This document shows positions 1-12,900 of a stretch of DNA of 64,000 bases, piece by piece; positions within the stretch are counted from its first letter, which is position 1; each line of letters starts with the position of its first letter. This stretch comes from Vicugna vicugna (taxonomy: Eukaryota), in the NCBI GenBank assembly GCA_013265495.1, contig MU058781.1, positions 848,963 through 912,962 of the forward strand. Direction: 5' to 3'. A program made the translations under genes and the position numbers. The notes beneath the pieces are model-generated. The model saw nothing but the letters and a program-made list of their open reading frames with translations, was not told where the DNA came from and ran no database searches.

Positions 1-3000
1 AATTGTCTTTGAGCGCAACTAGCTACCATGCCAACATCCTGCTTCACTTGTCACACACAGTTTGGGTTTATTTCTGGGCTGTTTATAATAATCATCAATT
101 TCACTGACTTCATCTGTCTCTCCTACATCTTGAAGGTATCTCACATTTCCAAGAATTCTGCTGAACGACTGTTTTCCCCAGAACTTATGGCCTCTTGAAC
201 TGCAGGCTGTGCCGATGGGAACGTCAGGGAGCCACGGCTACATCTGCCCTGGTAAACTGAGTGCACGTCTCTGGATAGCAAAGGGGACGTCTACTATCTT
301 TCCCACCTATGTGGGTTAATAAAGGCAGTTTGTGATTAAGCAGAAATAGGTTAGATATTTGACATATACTAATTAATACCCCAATGCTGAGGAAAAATAG
401 ATAGCCTTGGACACCTTGATTCCTCCTTTTGTTGACATTCTCTTATCAGGTCTTCTCAGAGTCCACTTCACCCACATTTACCTAAACTTCTGTTGTACTT
501 TTCCATCATTTACTTCCCCATCATTTTTCTTAACCATCTCTTTTATTTATTCTTCATTATACACTTTTTTTTTTTTGCTCTTCTTAGTATATGATCTTTT
601 TAAAGCCTAAATTTATTGGGACACCTTCTACGCCACATCAGCATTTACTCAGATGTCTTTCTTATCAAAACTATCTAAGAACACAGCTCACAGTCACAGT
701 TCTAGAGCTTTGTTAGGCCTCTTGGGAAGCCGTCCCTTTTAGGCCCTTATGTGATAGATCACGCTAATTGCTCCCAGAAATTCCGAAATGCATATTCTTA
801 CTATCAAGTTGGGTGGCATTAAGCCTTCTCCAGAATTAGGAATTCCAAAATGACAAGGTCACTTTCTCCTAAGTTTTCTGTCATTCACAATCTTTCTCTA
901 TTGTTGACCATTAGATTCAGAGTAACAGCTTCAATCGTCACTTTTCTTCCAGGAAATGAACTATTGGGATGTCTCCCTGCTCAGGACTCTGTCTTTATTA
1001 ACAGGAACTCCTTAAAGAGCCCAGAGTGTGCAGGCAAGAAGGGAGATGGGGCAGGAGGGGTTTAATTTGCTCAGTATTTGAGGGACTTCCTAAGTGAATC
1101 ATTTAATTGCCCAGAAGCATTCCTCTACCCTGACGTACAACAGCAGGGCCATGGGCCAGCAGCATGTCGCCTTCTGGCTTCCACTGGTTTTTTTTAAATT
1201 TGCTCCTACAATTTTAAACTATTCCCTTTGTCCTCATTACAGCTGCCATCACAAATGTATCAAAAATGTACTTGAGTAAAATGATTTGTACGTCTATGTG
1301 AATATACATCAAATTACAAATATACTTTGGTCAGACAGGTTCGGGAAAGAGGGAATAAAAATATAACTAGCCTTAATTATAGCTGCTAAAGAAACTTCTC
1401 ACTTCTTAGTTAATTCTTGTGGAAGACGTTTCAGTTTCCAATTATGGAATCTGTTTAGAGTCACTTATCTCAAATGATTTGTGCTAGAAAAAAAATAAGC
1501 TAATAACATTATAATCTTACTTATTTTATTTTATGAGTTTCATTGACTACTGGGAGGAAATCCCAGAAAATAAATATGACAAACACCCAAGATCTCACGG
1601 CAGGCTTGTATTTAAATGTGCCAGGCTTTAAAAACAAAAACCAAGCTAGTCTTGTCACATTTTTCAAAGGCAGAAGATGACAGTGAACTATCATATCCAC
1701 GTGGTTTCGTATTTCAAACACAGCAGTATCTCTTTAAGTTACAGACAGCTTAGTTTGTGTGTCTGTGGCCAAAAAGATCATTAATGTTGGGCCAACGTCC
1801 CATTCACCGCAGTGCTGAGTCTGTTTGTTCATCTTTTCCGGAGGGCAACTTGGAGATGTATATTTATGTGTGTAACAAATGCATTCATAAATATTTGTCC
1901 TTTTCAATTCTCATATTCTTTGGCCTGGTAGTTCTGTCAGGACCTAGCTTTAAGAAATAACAAGGAACATCCATGAAATTGACCGAGAAAGAGACTCCAA
2001 ATTTGACCCATTCATAGGAACAATTTGAAAAATGGCAAAAAACTCTCACAATCAACTTTTTTTGGAGGAAAATTAGTTCTGGCACATTATTTGGCTGAGG
2101 CAGAAGCCACCAAGGACTTGACTATCTACTCAGGCCCCACCACAGTGTCACAAATTCACAGAGTGACAGCAGGGACATCTCGGTGGCATTGCCAGGCCGT
2201 GTGGCCTGGAAAGGATTTCTGCAGAGACAGACAAGCATCTTTGAGGGCGTGTGGACGTATGGAGCTTGTGATCAACAGAAACACCCATGGCCACAGAGAC
2301 AACAACATATGTTAACTTCCTCCTGTCTTGTGCTTGAAGCGGGCTGGACCTTGGTATAAAAAAGTCCCTGGATTTCTTAGAAATTGTGTTAAAACAGGCC
2401 TTAAGAACGAGTTAGCGAATTGATTGCTAATAAGGGTAGCTATATCCTCAAGTGTCTAATTTAAAAAATGAAGTTGACTTTATTTGCGAGCTACATGGTG
2501 GAAGGGGTCGTATTCAGCTGCCAGAAACCCATGTTGATAAAGATTTAGTGAGAGGCCATTATAAATATGGTAAAGAGGCCGAGGAGGAGGAATAATAAAA
2601 TAGATACAACATTCGGACAGATTTCGTTTTCATTCAATTAATTTAATTAAATTGTGCTGACAACATAGGACTTGGGGATGCACTGCAGTAATTCACTGAC
2701 TGCAACAAGACAGCAATGTCTGGAGGCCGAGTGAAACCCACGACGGTTCCACAGTGAAGCAAAATTCTCCAAAAGAGCTCAGATCGCTGTGCCTGAAATC
2801 CAGGCAACTGGACTAGGGGCAGAGAGTCTTCATAATTAGATTACAACTGTACTCTTCAAAAACAGAACTAGAAATAATACAGCACTCAGTGTAAATAACA
2901 GGCTGAATCAACATTATTATAGAGAAAGGAAGTTTTGCATTTTGAAACAAGGAGAGCGCGGCTGTTAATTTCCTCACCCAGTCGAATAAGGGCTGGCGCT

Positions 3001-4064
3001 GGGATTAATTCCCTGGGATTCAGCGATGACGGCTGTTGGCAGTGGCGGCCGCGTTGATCATCACCGCTGTGAAAATTACAGGCCAAAGCACACAGTCCTT
3101 TCATTTTTGTAAAAGTATACTTTACTTGGTCGTAAAGAAAAGAACATTCAACGTTCTTAAGATTAAATATCTGAACATTGCTTCTGAAGGAGCAGCTGTC
3201 ACCTTAAATCAAAAGTCTAGTTTGTTTACTGACTGTACTTTATACCCTTCAGAAACTGACACAAAATGGCAATAAAATCATTGTAAGTATTCTACAGGGG
3301 AAAATAAAGCCCTTTGGTTACAGTGGATGTATCTTTATACATAATTCCAGTTTATTTTCCGTGGAATTATGTTAAATATGTAAAAAGCCTTTTCTCATAC
3401 AGGTAAAAACGCGAGATGTTTCTGAGTTGTAATTTAGCATTAGTGTCAAGATTGCTTCAGAAAATAAGCTACCGTTACCGTTTCGTGCCTTTTAAGTGTC
3501 ATTCAGCACACTGTACGTGATTCTGCCCAGAAAACAAACTTGTGTGATTTTATGTCAGTGTTTTATTAAATGCAAATAAGATTAAAAATAATTTATAAGA
3601 CACAAATATGTAAAATTAGCTGACCCTAAACAACTGGTTTCTACATTGTTTAATCATATTACCATTAAATTATTTCAGGTAATTATAGAAAAATTTCTTC
3701 CATAAACTAAAAAGGAAAAACTCTATACTTCTGAATCTATCGCTTCTCGGAAGAAATCAGTTCATTTGTAGATAGTCCTTAATAACGACACAATTACCAA
3801 ATGTACCAAAATGTTTTTGGGGTATTTCTGTATATAAATATAAAGAAAAATAATTATGCTTAGGGTTTTGTGGCTTATTTTGTTTTCTTCCATGAGTGAA
3901 TTAGCTTTGACTTTTTTAAGAAATCAGTGTGTTAGGCAGCCTTGTCAAATGGAATCAAGATAAATATCTCTGACTAGGAGTACCATAGCATACGCTGAAA
4001 TGCTCATCTCCAGCACTGACTGTGGGATGCGTGGATTTAAAATATATTTAAAATAAAAAGTAGA

Positions 4065-4337
4065 AGCATCCAGTTATAAGGCAATGTAGTGCCACACACG
4101 ATGACTGTAGTTAGCACTGCTGTGTGATGCACAGGAAAGCTGTTAAGAGAGCAGATCCTAAGAATTCACATCAAGGGGAAAACTTGGTTATTTTCATTTT
4201 ATGTCTATGAGACGATGGCGGTCAGCTAAACCTATCATGTTAATCATTTCACAGTATATGTCAATCAAGCCATCATGCCACACCTTAAACTCAGACAGGA
4301 ATGTGTGTCAATGATTCCTCAAGAAAACTGGCAAAAA
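4065..4337 (+). mobile_element. Old L1 3' end (L1MC-like)
   Basis: Resembles L1 3'UTR: gttaagagagcagatcctaagaattc...catgttaatcatttcacagtatatgtcaatcaagccatcatg...ccttaaac...gtcaatgattcctcaagaaaactgg. Confidence 0.7.
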
Positions 4338-6067
4338 CGTTTTTAAATGAGTGTATTCATAATGTAAAAACCCCAAAATATTCCAAATTTGTAGTAACTT
4401 AAGATTAATAAATAAAAAGCATAAATTTCTTTTTTCACATTTAGAAGGTCACCCTTCAGGTCATGGTTTACAAATTCCAATTCAGTAAGAGAGAAAAATA
4501 TACAGAAGTAAAAGTGGGCATATTTTACTCAAGGTAAAACATCCGCTCTTTAATGACTGTCCAATAAAGATTTAGCTTTTTCACCTCTCTAATGTTTACG
4601 TTAGATATTTAACCATGTTTTAGTTAGTAGATCAAGGCTTATTTTTTAAAACTGCTTCTTCACACTTATTGTACCTTTTAAAACATTTCCCAAAACTTAG
4701 AATCCTACGAGGTTTTTCTTCTTCAGTACATCATATGTATATGTATTATTTCCAATAGACATATAAATGCAGTAACAGAGCAAGGCTTTCCCTCAACCTT
4801 CCTAAATTCAATTATTTGGAGAGGCAAAGGAAATCTAAAGTGCTGAAAATTATTTTCTGAGTATTTTCAAAAATATGTATCTGATTATTCTTTTTATGGA
4901 CACAAATAACAAATATGCAGTCTGTAAAAAACTGGAGCTGCCAATGAATGACTGTCTCAAATTATGCATACAAATGAAGTAGGGAGAAATGTAATATTTT
5001 GTAAGACTGAACAAGAGAAGTTATTTTAGAAAAGACCTGTATCTCTAAAGTGTTTTTTAAAATCACATCTTAATATATATAAAATAGAATAAAAATATTT
5101 CTTCATGATTTTGTAAGGATTTTCTAAAGAAACCAAACATAGTTTTACTAAAAATTAATTCAGTCACTAATAGTTACATTTTTGACCTTTAAAAGTAGGT
5201 CAAATAATAAAATAGCTTTCTGGAAGTAAACAGCTACATTTTCTGAAAATACATCTGCCGTCTGTTGTATTTATTTTAAAAGTGTGCTGATTTTTTAAAA
5301 ATTGTGCTATTTTCCCCTCTTACAAGTTACCTACCCATTAAATATATAAATAATAAATTAAGCCTGAGGTAAGAACCATCTAGCTTAGTTTTGTGAAAAG
5401 CAAACCATGTCGTAGCAAGTCGCACTGACCTAATTATTACAGACAAATAAAATCACTATTTTGACACATACCTATGGGAATAGTAATTTTGTCAAGTAAT
5501 TTTAAAAGAGAGAGAAATGCCTGTCTATATTTAATATATACCTAAATGATTACTAAATGTATCATTTTAAGACTTTTCATGGTAGTATGACAGGAGAATG
5601 TTTTATAAGTGACATTACATTCGAACATGTCAGATCATTGAATTCTCCTTTGCTCCTGCATCCTGGTTTTTTATAATCTGTGGCTTAAAATGAGGTCTAG
5701 GTTTTAGAGGTAACAGAATGATGTCCGTCTGCGGTTTATGGCAATAGCCAATCATTTTTAGGGAAAAGAAAAGGCAAAACAGCATTAGGAACCGAGTTTT
5801 TAAAAAATCAATAGATGTAGCAGAAATAAAAGACAACCCTGGACTTGACATTTTGGGTAATACTTTATGCAAAGTCTCATGCAAAAAATAACTGTTGCTA
5901 CTCTACTTCATTTTCATGTATAGTTTCAATATTGTCACGTAAGCAAATAGGCCCCAAGGACTGACCGACTGCGGCTTCTCACGCAGGTGTTGCGCACAAA
6001 ACGGGAAGTGTTCTTAACTTGGGAAATGAAAATCTGACTTTCTTCTATTTGCATGAATGAATGAATT

Positions 6068-6088
6068 CTAATATTTCTGTAGGCCAGC
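6068..6088 (-). CDS. Possible terminal coding exon start (AGLQKY*), followed by a putative 3'UTR
   Basis: Acceptor-like tgtgtctctcattgtgcatagttttag|GCT in phase 0, TAG at 6070-6068. Minus-strand ATTAAA at 5535-5530 and AATAAA at 5275-5270. Not confirmed. Confidence 0.3.
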   Translation of the reverse strand, partial: AGLQKY

Positions 6089-6264
6089 CTAAAACTATGC
6101 ACAATGAGAGACACAAGGATGGCTTTGCCCTTCCCATGGCCAATGACTCGCAACAAAAGGAGAAATTGGATGTAGGAATTTTCAACAATTTATATATGTT
6201 TAATGAATAATTTCTGGAGACTCCCATTGTTTAGTATTTCCCCTTTGACTTCTCTTCCACATTT

Positions 6265-6303
6265 CTGTCTGTCTGTCTCTCTCTCTCTCACACACACACA
6301 CAC
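6265..6303 (+). repeat. Compound (CTGT)n(CT)n(CA)n microsatellite
   Basis: Directly visible: ctgtctgtctgtctctctctctctcacacacacacacac. Confidence 0.9.
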
Positions 6304-6459
6304 CCCCCGCAAATGTGTCATTGTATCAGATGGATATGGGAATTTTACAGTAAGCAGTCTTTTCTGAAAGATACTAAAATAGAAGAGTTAAACCTGAAAA
6401 CTCAGTTATTTGAATTATGTTCTGCGGCTCAAGTCACTGATTCAAGGACAAAGTACGAC

Positions 6460-6682
6460 TCCTCCGCCTGCATGTAGTCATAGCTTCGCGCAGCCTTGCA
6501 AGACGAAGTCGGGTTCCTCCGCGGCCCCCTCGCGGACGGCAACACCGCAGGGGAGGCCCGGCGCCCCGCCACCTGCTCTGCGCGCCGACGGGCGGTCACT
6601 CAGTCCCCCGAGCACGAGGGAAGGCCGGCCCTGGGTAAAGCCGTCGAACCGTAGCACCGCGGCTCCGGGTTGGTTTGCGCCT
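6460..6682. promoter_or_regulatory. Small CpG-dense patch (CpG-island-like); CpG enrichment continues to about 7380
   Basis: About 28 CpGs counted in 6481-6680, against an AT-rich CpG-poor background; includes a GC-box-like gccccgcc. Confidence 0.55.
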
Positions 6683-6699
6683 TCCTCCTCCTGCTGCTT

Positions 6700-6855
6700 T
6701 CCATCAGCAGAACACTTAGCCACCACTAATTGCTTAATGTGTTATTTAGGCAAGTCTTAATATTCTCATTTTGCAGACAAGGAATCCGGCTTCCTGCTGT
6801 GCATCTCCTGGCCCTGGGTAAGGAGCTCTTCAGATGGGAGATTCAAAGTAGGTGA
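6700..6855 (-). mobile_element. MIR SINE remnant
   Basis: MIR core-like tattctcattttgcagacaaggaa...gggagattcaaagtagg. Confidence 0.55.
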
Positions 6856-7728
6856 GCGCGTCCCCCAGAGGCTGGGAGAGTCGCCCGAAGCCACGCGGCA
6901 GGGCCTCCCGGCGCCTCTGTCAGATCGCTGAGTTCCTGACTCCCTCTTCCCTGCTCAGACCACCAGGTGACACCGCCTCGAATGACAAAAAAAAGCCCTT
7001 TTCCCATTCCACCCCCGCTAATGCTCCGAGGACTGACTTAATTGCGGTGGTTACCCTGGGATCGGAAAGCTTATTTGTGACTTGATGAATCTGCGCTAGT
7101 CTTGCCTGGGTTTCTAGGTTTTGTAGCCCTGGAAACTTTAGAATAACTTCGTACCTACAGAAAGACTCAAGCTGCGGAACAGAGGCAGAGCGCGCCTCCG
7201 CGGGGGCTCAGCGAAATCAAACCGCCCAGCCTCAGAGGGGCTGGTAAAAACAGAATTCAGGAGAGCCCCTCAGCTCCTGAAAGACCGGGGGCCATCTCGG
7301 ACAAGCGTGGAGGGGATTTTATGCTTTTAAAGCAAAATGCGTAGAACGCTGTAAGAGCTGCGTCATCCGGGGTCCGAGGCCTGGTTGAAAAAAGATGGTG
7401 AACGTAAATCCACAAGAAAGATCATTTGTGGCATCACTCCTATTTCAGCCTGGTGAGTTGTGACCTCTTTACAGTGCAGAAATCATTCTGTTCCCAAACC
7501 ATGAATTTTCACCAAAAAATATTTAAAATACGAAGATAACTTATTTCAAACTCAAATTGCTAAGGTTTTATTGAGAAAAAAGAAAAAGAAAAGGTTGATA
7601 CGTGACCTATATTTCATATCAGAATCAGGAAAGACTTAGAAATCACTCTTGTCACAAGTTAAAGCTGTGTTAAATGCAGAAGGAACTTAGAATTCTTGAT
7701 ACCCTATTTACAAACGGCCATAAAACCT

Positions 7729-7947
7729 TTGCAGATACTAACTTCTATACATAAAATAGATGAACAACAAGTTTCTACTATCTAGGGAGCTATATTCAGT
7801 ATCAGGTAGTGACCTATAATGAAAAAGAACATGAAAAGAAATATATGTATATATATGTATGACTGAAACATGACGCTCTACACCAGAAACTGACACACTG
7901 TAACTGACTATCCGTCAATAAAAAAAGAATGCAAAAAAAAAAAATTA
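7729..7947 (+). mobile_element. 5'-truncated young L1 3' end with poly(A) and target-site duplication
   Basis: Artiodactyl-type L1 tail (ataaaatagatgaacaacaagtttctac...caccagaaactgacacactgtaactgactatccgtcaataaaa). Flanking direct repeat ccataaaacct at 7718-7728 and 7948-7958. Confidence 0.9.
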
Positions 7948-9224
7948 CCATAAAACCTCTGAGAATCGAGCTCCAGTTATAAGGGTAAAGCAGAGTTTCA
8001 TCCATCACTGTTTCGTGTTTATTGCCATATCTAATCTGTAAATAAATTAGGCCCAGAGGCAGTTAACTGTTTCTTCCCCTAGCAGAATATTCCACCGAAA
8101 TGTGGCGTAAATCTTACAGATATCTCTAAACGCATCCAACTTCTTTCTTCCGTGTAAGTTCCCTCGATTCACATCATGTGGGTGTTAATGGAAAAGATCT
8201 CGTGGTGCACAGCTACCCATCAAGAAGCATAGCCTGCCACCCAGAAATTGAATGCAACGTAAGAGAGCCCCTTGAGCAGTAGCCACACGCCGAGGACAGA
8301 GACAGGAAAGTCAAAGGCGGACCTGCACTTGAGTCCACATAGGTGACTACTTACAAACTATAATTTTGAAAGTTCAATAGATGTTTCTTTCATCCAGAAA
8401 GTATAACCTGTTGTTGGAAATGTCTTTACAATACATAGTTCTTTGGGAAAGATAATACGTGAATTTCATTTCTCCCTGAAGTTGCAAAAGACCAGTCTCC
8501 AGTCCATTCCAAGTTCATGTTCTGTAGCTCAAAAAGCCATAACAGACCCGGCTGGGCCTGTTAGGGGTCACGAGAGAGAGAGGAAAGGAGGAAGGCTGTT
8601 GAATAGCCAGGCGAGTGGCTGAAAGAAAACCTGCCTCGTCTTCAGTGTGCACTGGGACTGGTGTGATTTTATGGCTCCTGGCCTCTGGGAGACACAGTTT
8701 AATACCGGAAACAAATTTAGAAAGGCTAAAGAATAAACTCTAGTCCTCCTGAGGCGAGTTAGAGAAGGTGCGAAGAGGATCGGTCCCTTCAAAATGGATG
8801 TCACAGCTTTCGGAGAAGTGAACGCAGGTAACACCAAGCACAAAGAAATAAGTGGGTAGAGTTTGGACTCGGACTCCAGAGGGAGGGGGTCCTGTGCCTT
8901 TGCTGGGACTAGTTAGCTGGTTAGGATTTGCAGGCTGGTTCGGTATTAGCCTCCCAGTGGGGGACAGGCGTCGACATGCCAGGCACACTTCTACCATCAT
9001 ACACTCCAGCGGTGTGGACAACACAGGCCGCCACAGCCAGGTGGGGCGGTGACGCCTACTGCCCCACCTCTCAGTCCTTCCGAAAATTACTTTCTTTTTA
9101 GCATAATCTTACTACTAGGACTTGGAAAAAAAGGCTTAAATGTTGAATGGATTTAATTGCGCATGATCCATAGAACTTTGTAATGTTTATCACGCCTTTT
9201 AAAAAAAAAACTAAAACTCGTTGC

Positions 9225-9395
9225 CGATGTCACCGCATTAATCTGTCCCAAATCCCCATGAGGCAGGAGGAGTAAGTTTTCATAACCCAGTTTTACAGAC
9301 AAGGATGTAGGCAGAGCAGTGGGAAATGACTAAACCAAGGTTCCAGAGCAAGTGCAGGAGGGAGTGGATTAAAGGGTCCTGATGATTGCTCTGCT
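9225..9395 (-). mobile_element. MIR remnant
   Basis: cccatgaggcagg...cccagttttacagacaagga...ccaaggttccagagcaagt, MIR core pattern. Confidence 0.6.
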
Positions 9396-10888
9396 TATAA
9401 GAACAGGCCACCTTATACCTGGGCTTCCCAGTGGGACCCAAGGACTACAAGCTACAGGATGCTTTGCAGCGGAAAGACAGACACCTCTGACAGCCTGGCT
9501 TCTCCGGTTTTCTCAGTGCATGGTGTGGATGCATATTTAAGCACATGCTTGTGCAAATTAAAAAAAAAAATTAAGCCCTGGCAGTTTTGTTCCACAAGGA
9601 GATTTCTGAAGCAAATGTTTCAGAAGTCTGAAACAGATCATACGCAGGAGTGCCAATGGTGACCCAAACCCCCAAAGAATTGCATCAGCTACAGTCCTAA
9701 CCCTGCCTGCGGCTTTGCTGCAATGTACTGTCCACGGTAGACACAGTCCCCTCTGACGTCACGCCTCACTAGGGGCGGGGGACATGGAATGATGAGGACC
9801 CTTGTCCAGCCCATCTCTGCTTCTCTGAGTAGAGTGCCTCTGTGAGCCACTCACGTACCAAACCCTTGTATTGTTGAAAAGGGGAAGCACCTGCCCCCCA
9901 AGACTGCACTCTAAACAACTAGAAATTCCTTCAGGGTTAGATTCAAATGGATTTGTACGAGGACACGCTTTTATCACCTTCACAACAGAAACAACCATAG
10001 CCAAAATCCATAGAGCATGTGCGACGGGAACAGAAAGATTCTTCATTCTGCAAATTCTTAGCAGCTAGTATTGTGCCCCTGCTAAGTGAGTTTTATGCCA
10101 GCAAGACCAGGGAATCGAATGGGATGTAAATCTGAATCCTCCTTCTCCCCCGCCCTTCATTCCCACCAAATAGTGGGGAATGACTCCTCCAGACCTCACG
10201 ACGCAGCAGCCCTGCGAAGACTAATGGGAACCTCGGGTTTCAGCGTGTCGTGAAGCTAGGATTCTGAGAATATGAAGCAATGTAAGAGGGTGTTTTGTTT
10301 TGTTTTTTTGTTTTGTTTCGTTTTTTGAACAAACTCAGCTCACCTAAAGACTTTGACTTTTTAGGAGGAAACACAACTTTAAGATCTTTGCCAAATGCTA
10401 CCCTGGAAAGTTTTTAAAGATTTCAGGATAGAAGGTTTCTTTATTATTTTCAGATTTATCTCATGGGAAAAATTGGAAATTCCACCATCTCATTCATTGT
10501 GAGATCAGTTAAGCCAAGGGCCATGCGCTTTCCTGAGGCACCAAGGTGTCTGTAGACTCAGATCTCTTCTTCATCAACCTGCTGATGTTTACAAATATTC
10601 ACTAAGTCAAAGTTATGCAGGTAAAAATCCTAAATTATCTTACGTGATTTGTTTCCTGTCTCTCTCCTAATAGCTACACACACAAACATTTTTTTTTCTT
10701 ACGTGATACCTTTGTTTCAGTAGGAAAACACTGTATCTCCAAGTCTTCTAGGGTGTTAGAAGCATCAGTTACAATATGTTTGCAAAGTAGTTTTGAAGCC
10801 TTTGAAATCAAGTGTAAACACACCCACGTACATTCATGCACTACAACACACACAGCATTTGCATTAAAATATTTCCATACATACTCAC

Positions 10889-11095
10889 CTCGACAATGGC
10901 GCCGCTAGGGAGTCTAAGAAAGTGGCGGTATAGCTCTTGGAACCCACTGGGATAAACGGTGTACACGGCTACATAAGAAGTGATACCTCCGGGACCAAGT
11001 GCAGACACAGGAATTTCATCCGGCTGCTGGAGGTCACAGCTGGAGATGCTGGCCTGCACGCCATGGCTTTTCCAGATATAATCATACACTGCCAC
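10889..11095 (-). CDS. OFCC1: Coding exon, 207 nt: VAVYDYIW...ELYRHFLRLPSGAIVE
   Basis: Acceptor gtgtctcactag|GTG and donor GAG|gtgagt; phase 0/0, 69 codons. In frame with the 55906 exon (RRK|VAVYDYIW) across a 44,810-nt intron. Confidence 0.85.
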
Positions 11096-12279
11096 CTAGT
11101 GAGACACGGAGACCCCCCCCAACCCCCCAGCCCCAGAAAAGGAGAGAAAAAATTAATTAACTTCTGGCAAGAGCATAACCAATTTTAAATGATTTTACAA
11201 TAAATCTGAAAGTCTCTGCCATCTGCAGCGCCTGCGCTCCATTCCGTGCATACTTTTATGACATATATCTAAATAGTGAAGAAGGACAAATCCCCGGTGT
11301 GTGCTCCGGAAAGTTAATTCTACACAGCTGAAGCTGTAATTGGCTCTCATATTAACCCGAAGTAGGAAGATCAAGCAGGCTGTGACAATGACAGTGGTGA
11401 TTAAAAAAAAAAAAATGCTTACTCATGGTTTTATGAATGGGTGTTTACGCTTTCTCCATCCATCCAAAATAAATCTGTGCTCTTTGTTGCTTATTTGCAG
11501 TGTGCTAAGTCTCTGGCATCACCAGAACAGTGGACAAGATAAAATTAAAGATGCGTTTTACTGAAGTGCCCAGGGCAGGATTTTTGCGTACCTTATGCAG
11601 GTACCCACGATTTTTTCCTTCGTGGCAATCCCAACTTTTGTACTCACTGGACTTGATTTTCTGGTGGGATTTCTCTACAGTGCACCTGCTCGGGCCTTCA
11701 GTCACGTTCACTGAACTAGAAGTGAGCTCAAAAGACAGTGTTCAATTGCTAGTCTGAAATATTTGCAATGAAGATTAGACCATATCGCTTTAAAATTGAG
11801 GCTGATGAACCCTCTGGTCTCCAGACAGATTGGTTTTCTTTTCCTGCAACTGCTAAGCTGTCATTTACTGAAATTTTCTGTTTCCATATTCACAGACTTC
11901 AGTTGTTTCTGAGGTAAGCAGAGGAAAGTATTCAACTGACTTCTTTCTGCACTGGCTCTTTCTGAGGCAGAAAACATTTATCTGTTGTTGCAGAAAGCCC
12001 CTATCAAACCCGTTCTCCAAAATTGACTCCTTCCAAGATGATTTACAAGTGCTTTCAATCTTCAAGAATATGAAAAGATTTAATAATGTGAAAGAAAGTT
12101 CTGGCCAGTGATTATTTAATTCAAGTCTATAATTAACAATAAACCCCCAAGATTCTAGCTAGTGATTTTTTTCTCTTTGAAAATAAAAAGGTAAGATTAA
12201 AATCTGGAAGAACAGGTAAAGAGGTGATAAATGTCTTGATATAGCCTGAATGAGAGAAAAGATTAAGGTTGAATACAAT

Positions 12280-12900
12280 TGAAAACAGAAGTTTACTGAG
12301 GATCTGTTCTATGTGAGGTTTTTGAGAAAATATAAACACGCTTCAGGAACTAACAATCTACCAGAAATTTATAGTAAGAGACTGGTGTACGTTTAACTTA
12401 GAACAAGTTTGATTGTGATGAATGCACAGAAGGAACCTTACCAAGGAGGTGGGGTTTGATCTGAGTCTCAAAACCTTAGTGGGGTTTCAGTGGGTATGAA
12501 AAGGGCCACAGGTGTTTCTGGCAAAGGAGCGATACTTGTCCAGCACCAAGGTCCAAAATGCACACAGGGCCAGTCTTGGTCCAGGGAACCTGATTACAGT
12601 AGAGGGGTGAGGACCAGGATGTGAAGCTGGAAACATCATTTGGTTCTGAGAAGATGCTAGATACTCTACTAAGATATGTCTAATGTTATTGACAAAAGGG
12701 AGAAGCTGCTGGAGATTTTTGAGTGGAAGACAGGCTTCACTTGACATACTTTAGAGTAACAGAGCTGAAGGCAGAGTAAAGGGTAGACCAGAAGGCTGAG
12801 AGACTGGAGATCATCTCACCAAAAGCTGACGCTGGGACCCTGCATGTGGGCAGTGGCAACTGGATTAGCAACAGGTTGATGGTTTCTTTTTCTGAGGTAG
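12280..12900 (-). mobile_element. L2 LINE remnant
   Basis: L2-like purine-rich text: gaggtggggtttgatctgagtctc...aagctgctggagatttttgagtggaag. Confidence 0.55.

Noticed and set aside
6410..6760. 116-aa plus-strand ORF and overlapping 82-aa minus-strand ORF
   Set aside because: Pro/Ala/Arg-rich by-products of the GC-rich patch; no recognisable homology or exon structure.
8355..8407. Minus-strand cassette ag|GTTATACTT...TTT|gtaagt
   Set aside because: Weak polypyrimidine tract, poor exon-side donor and an early stop; kept only as a minor alternative.
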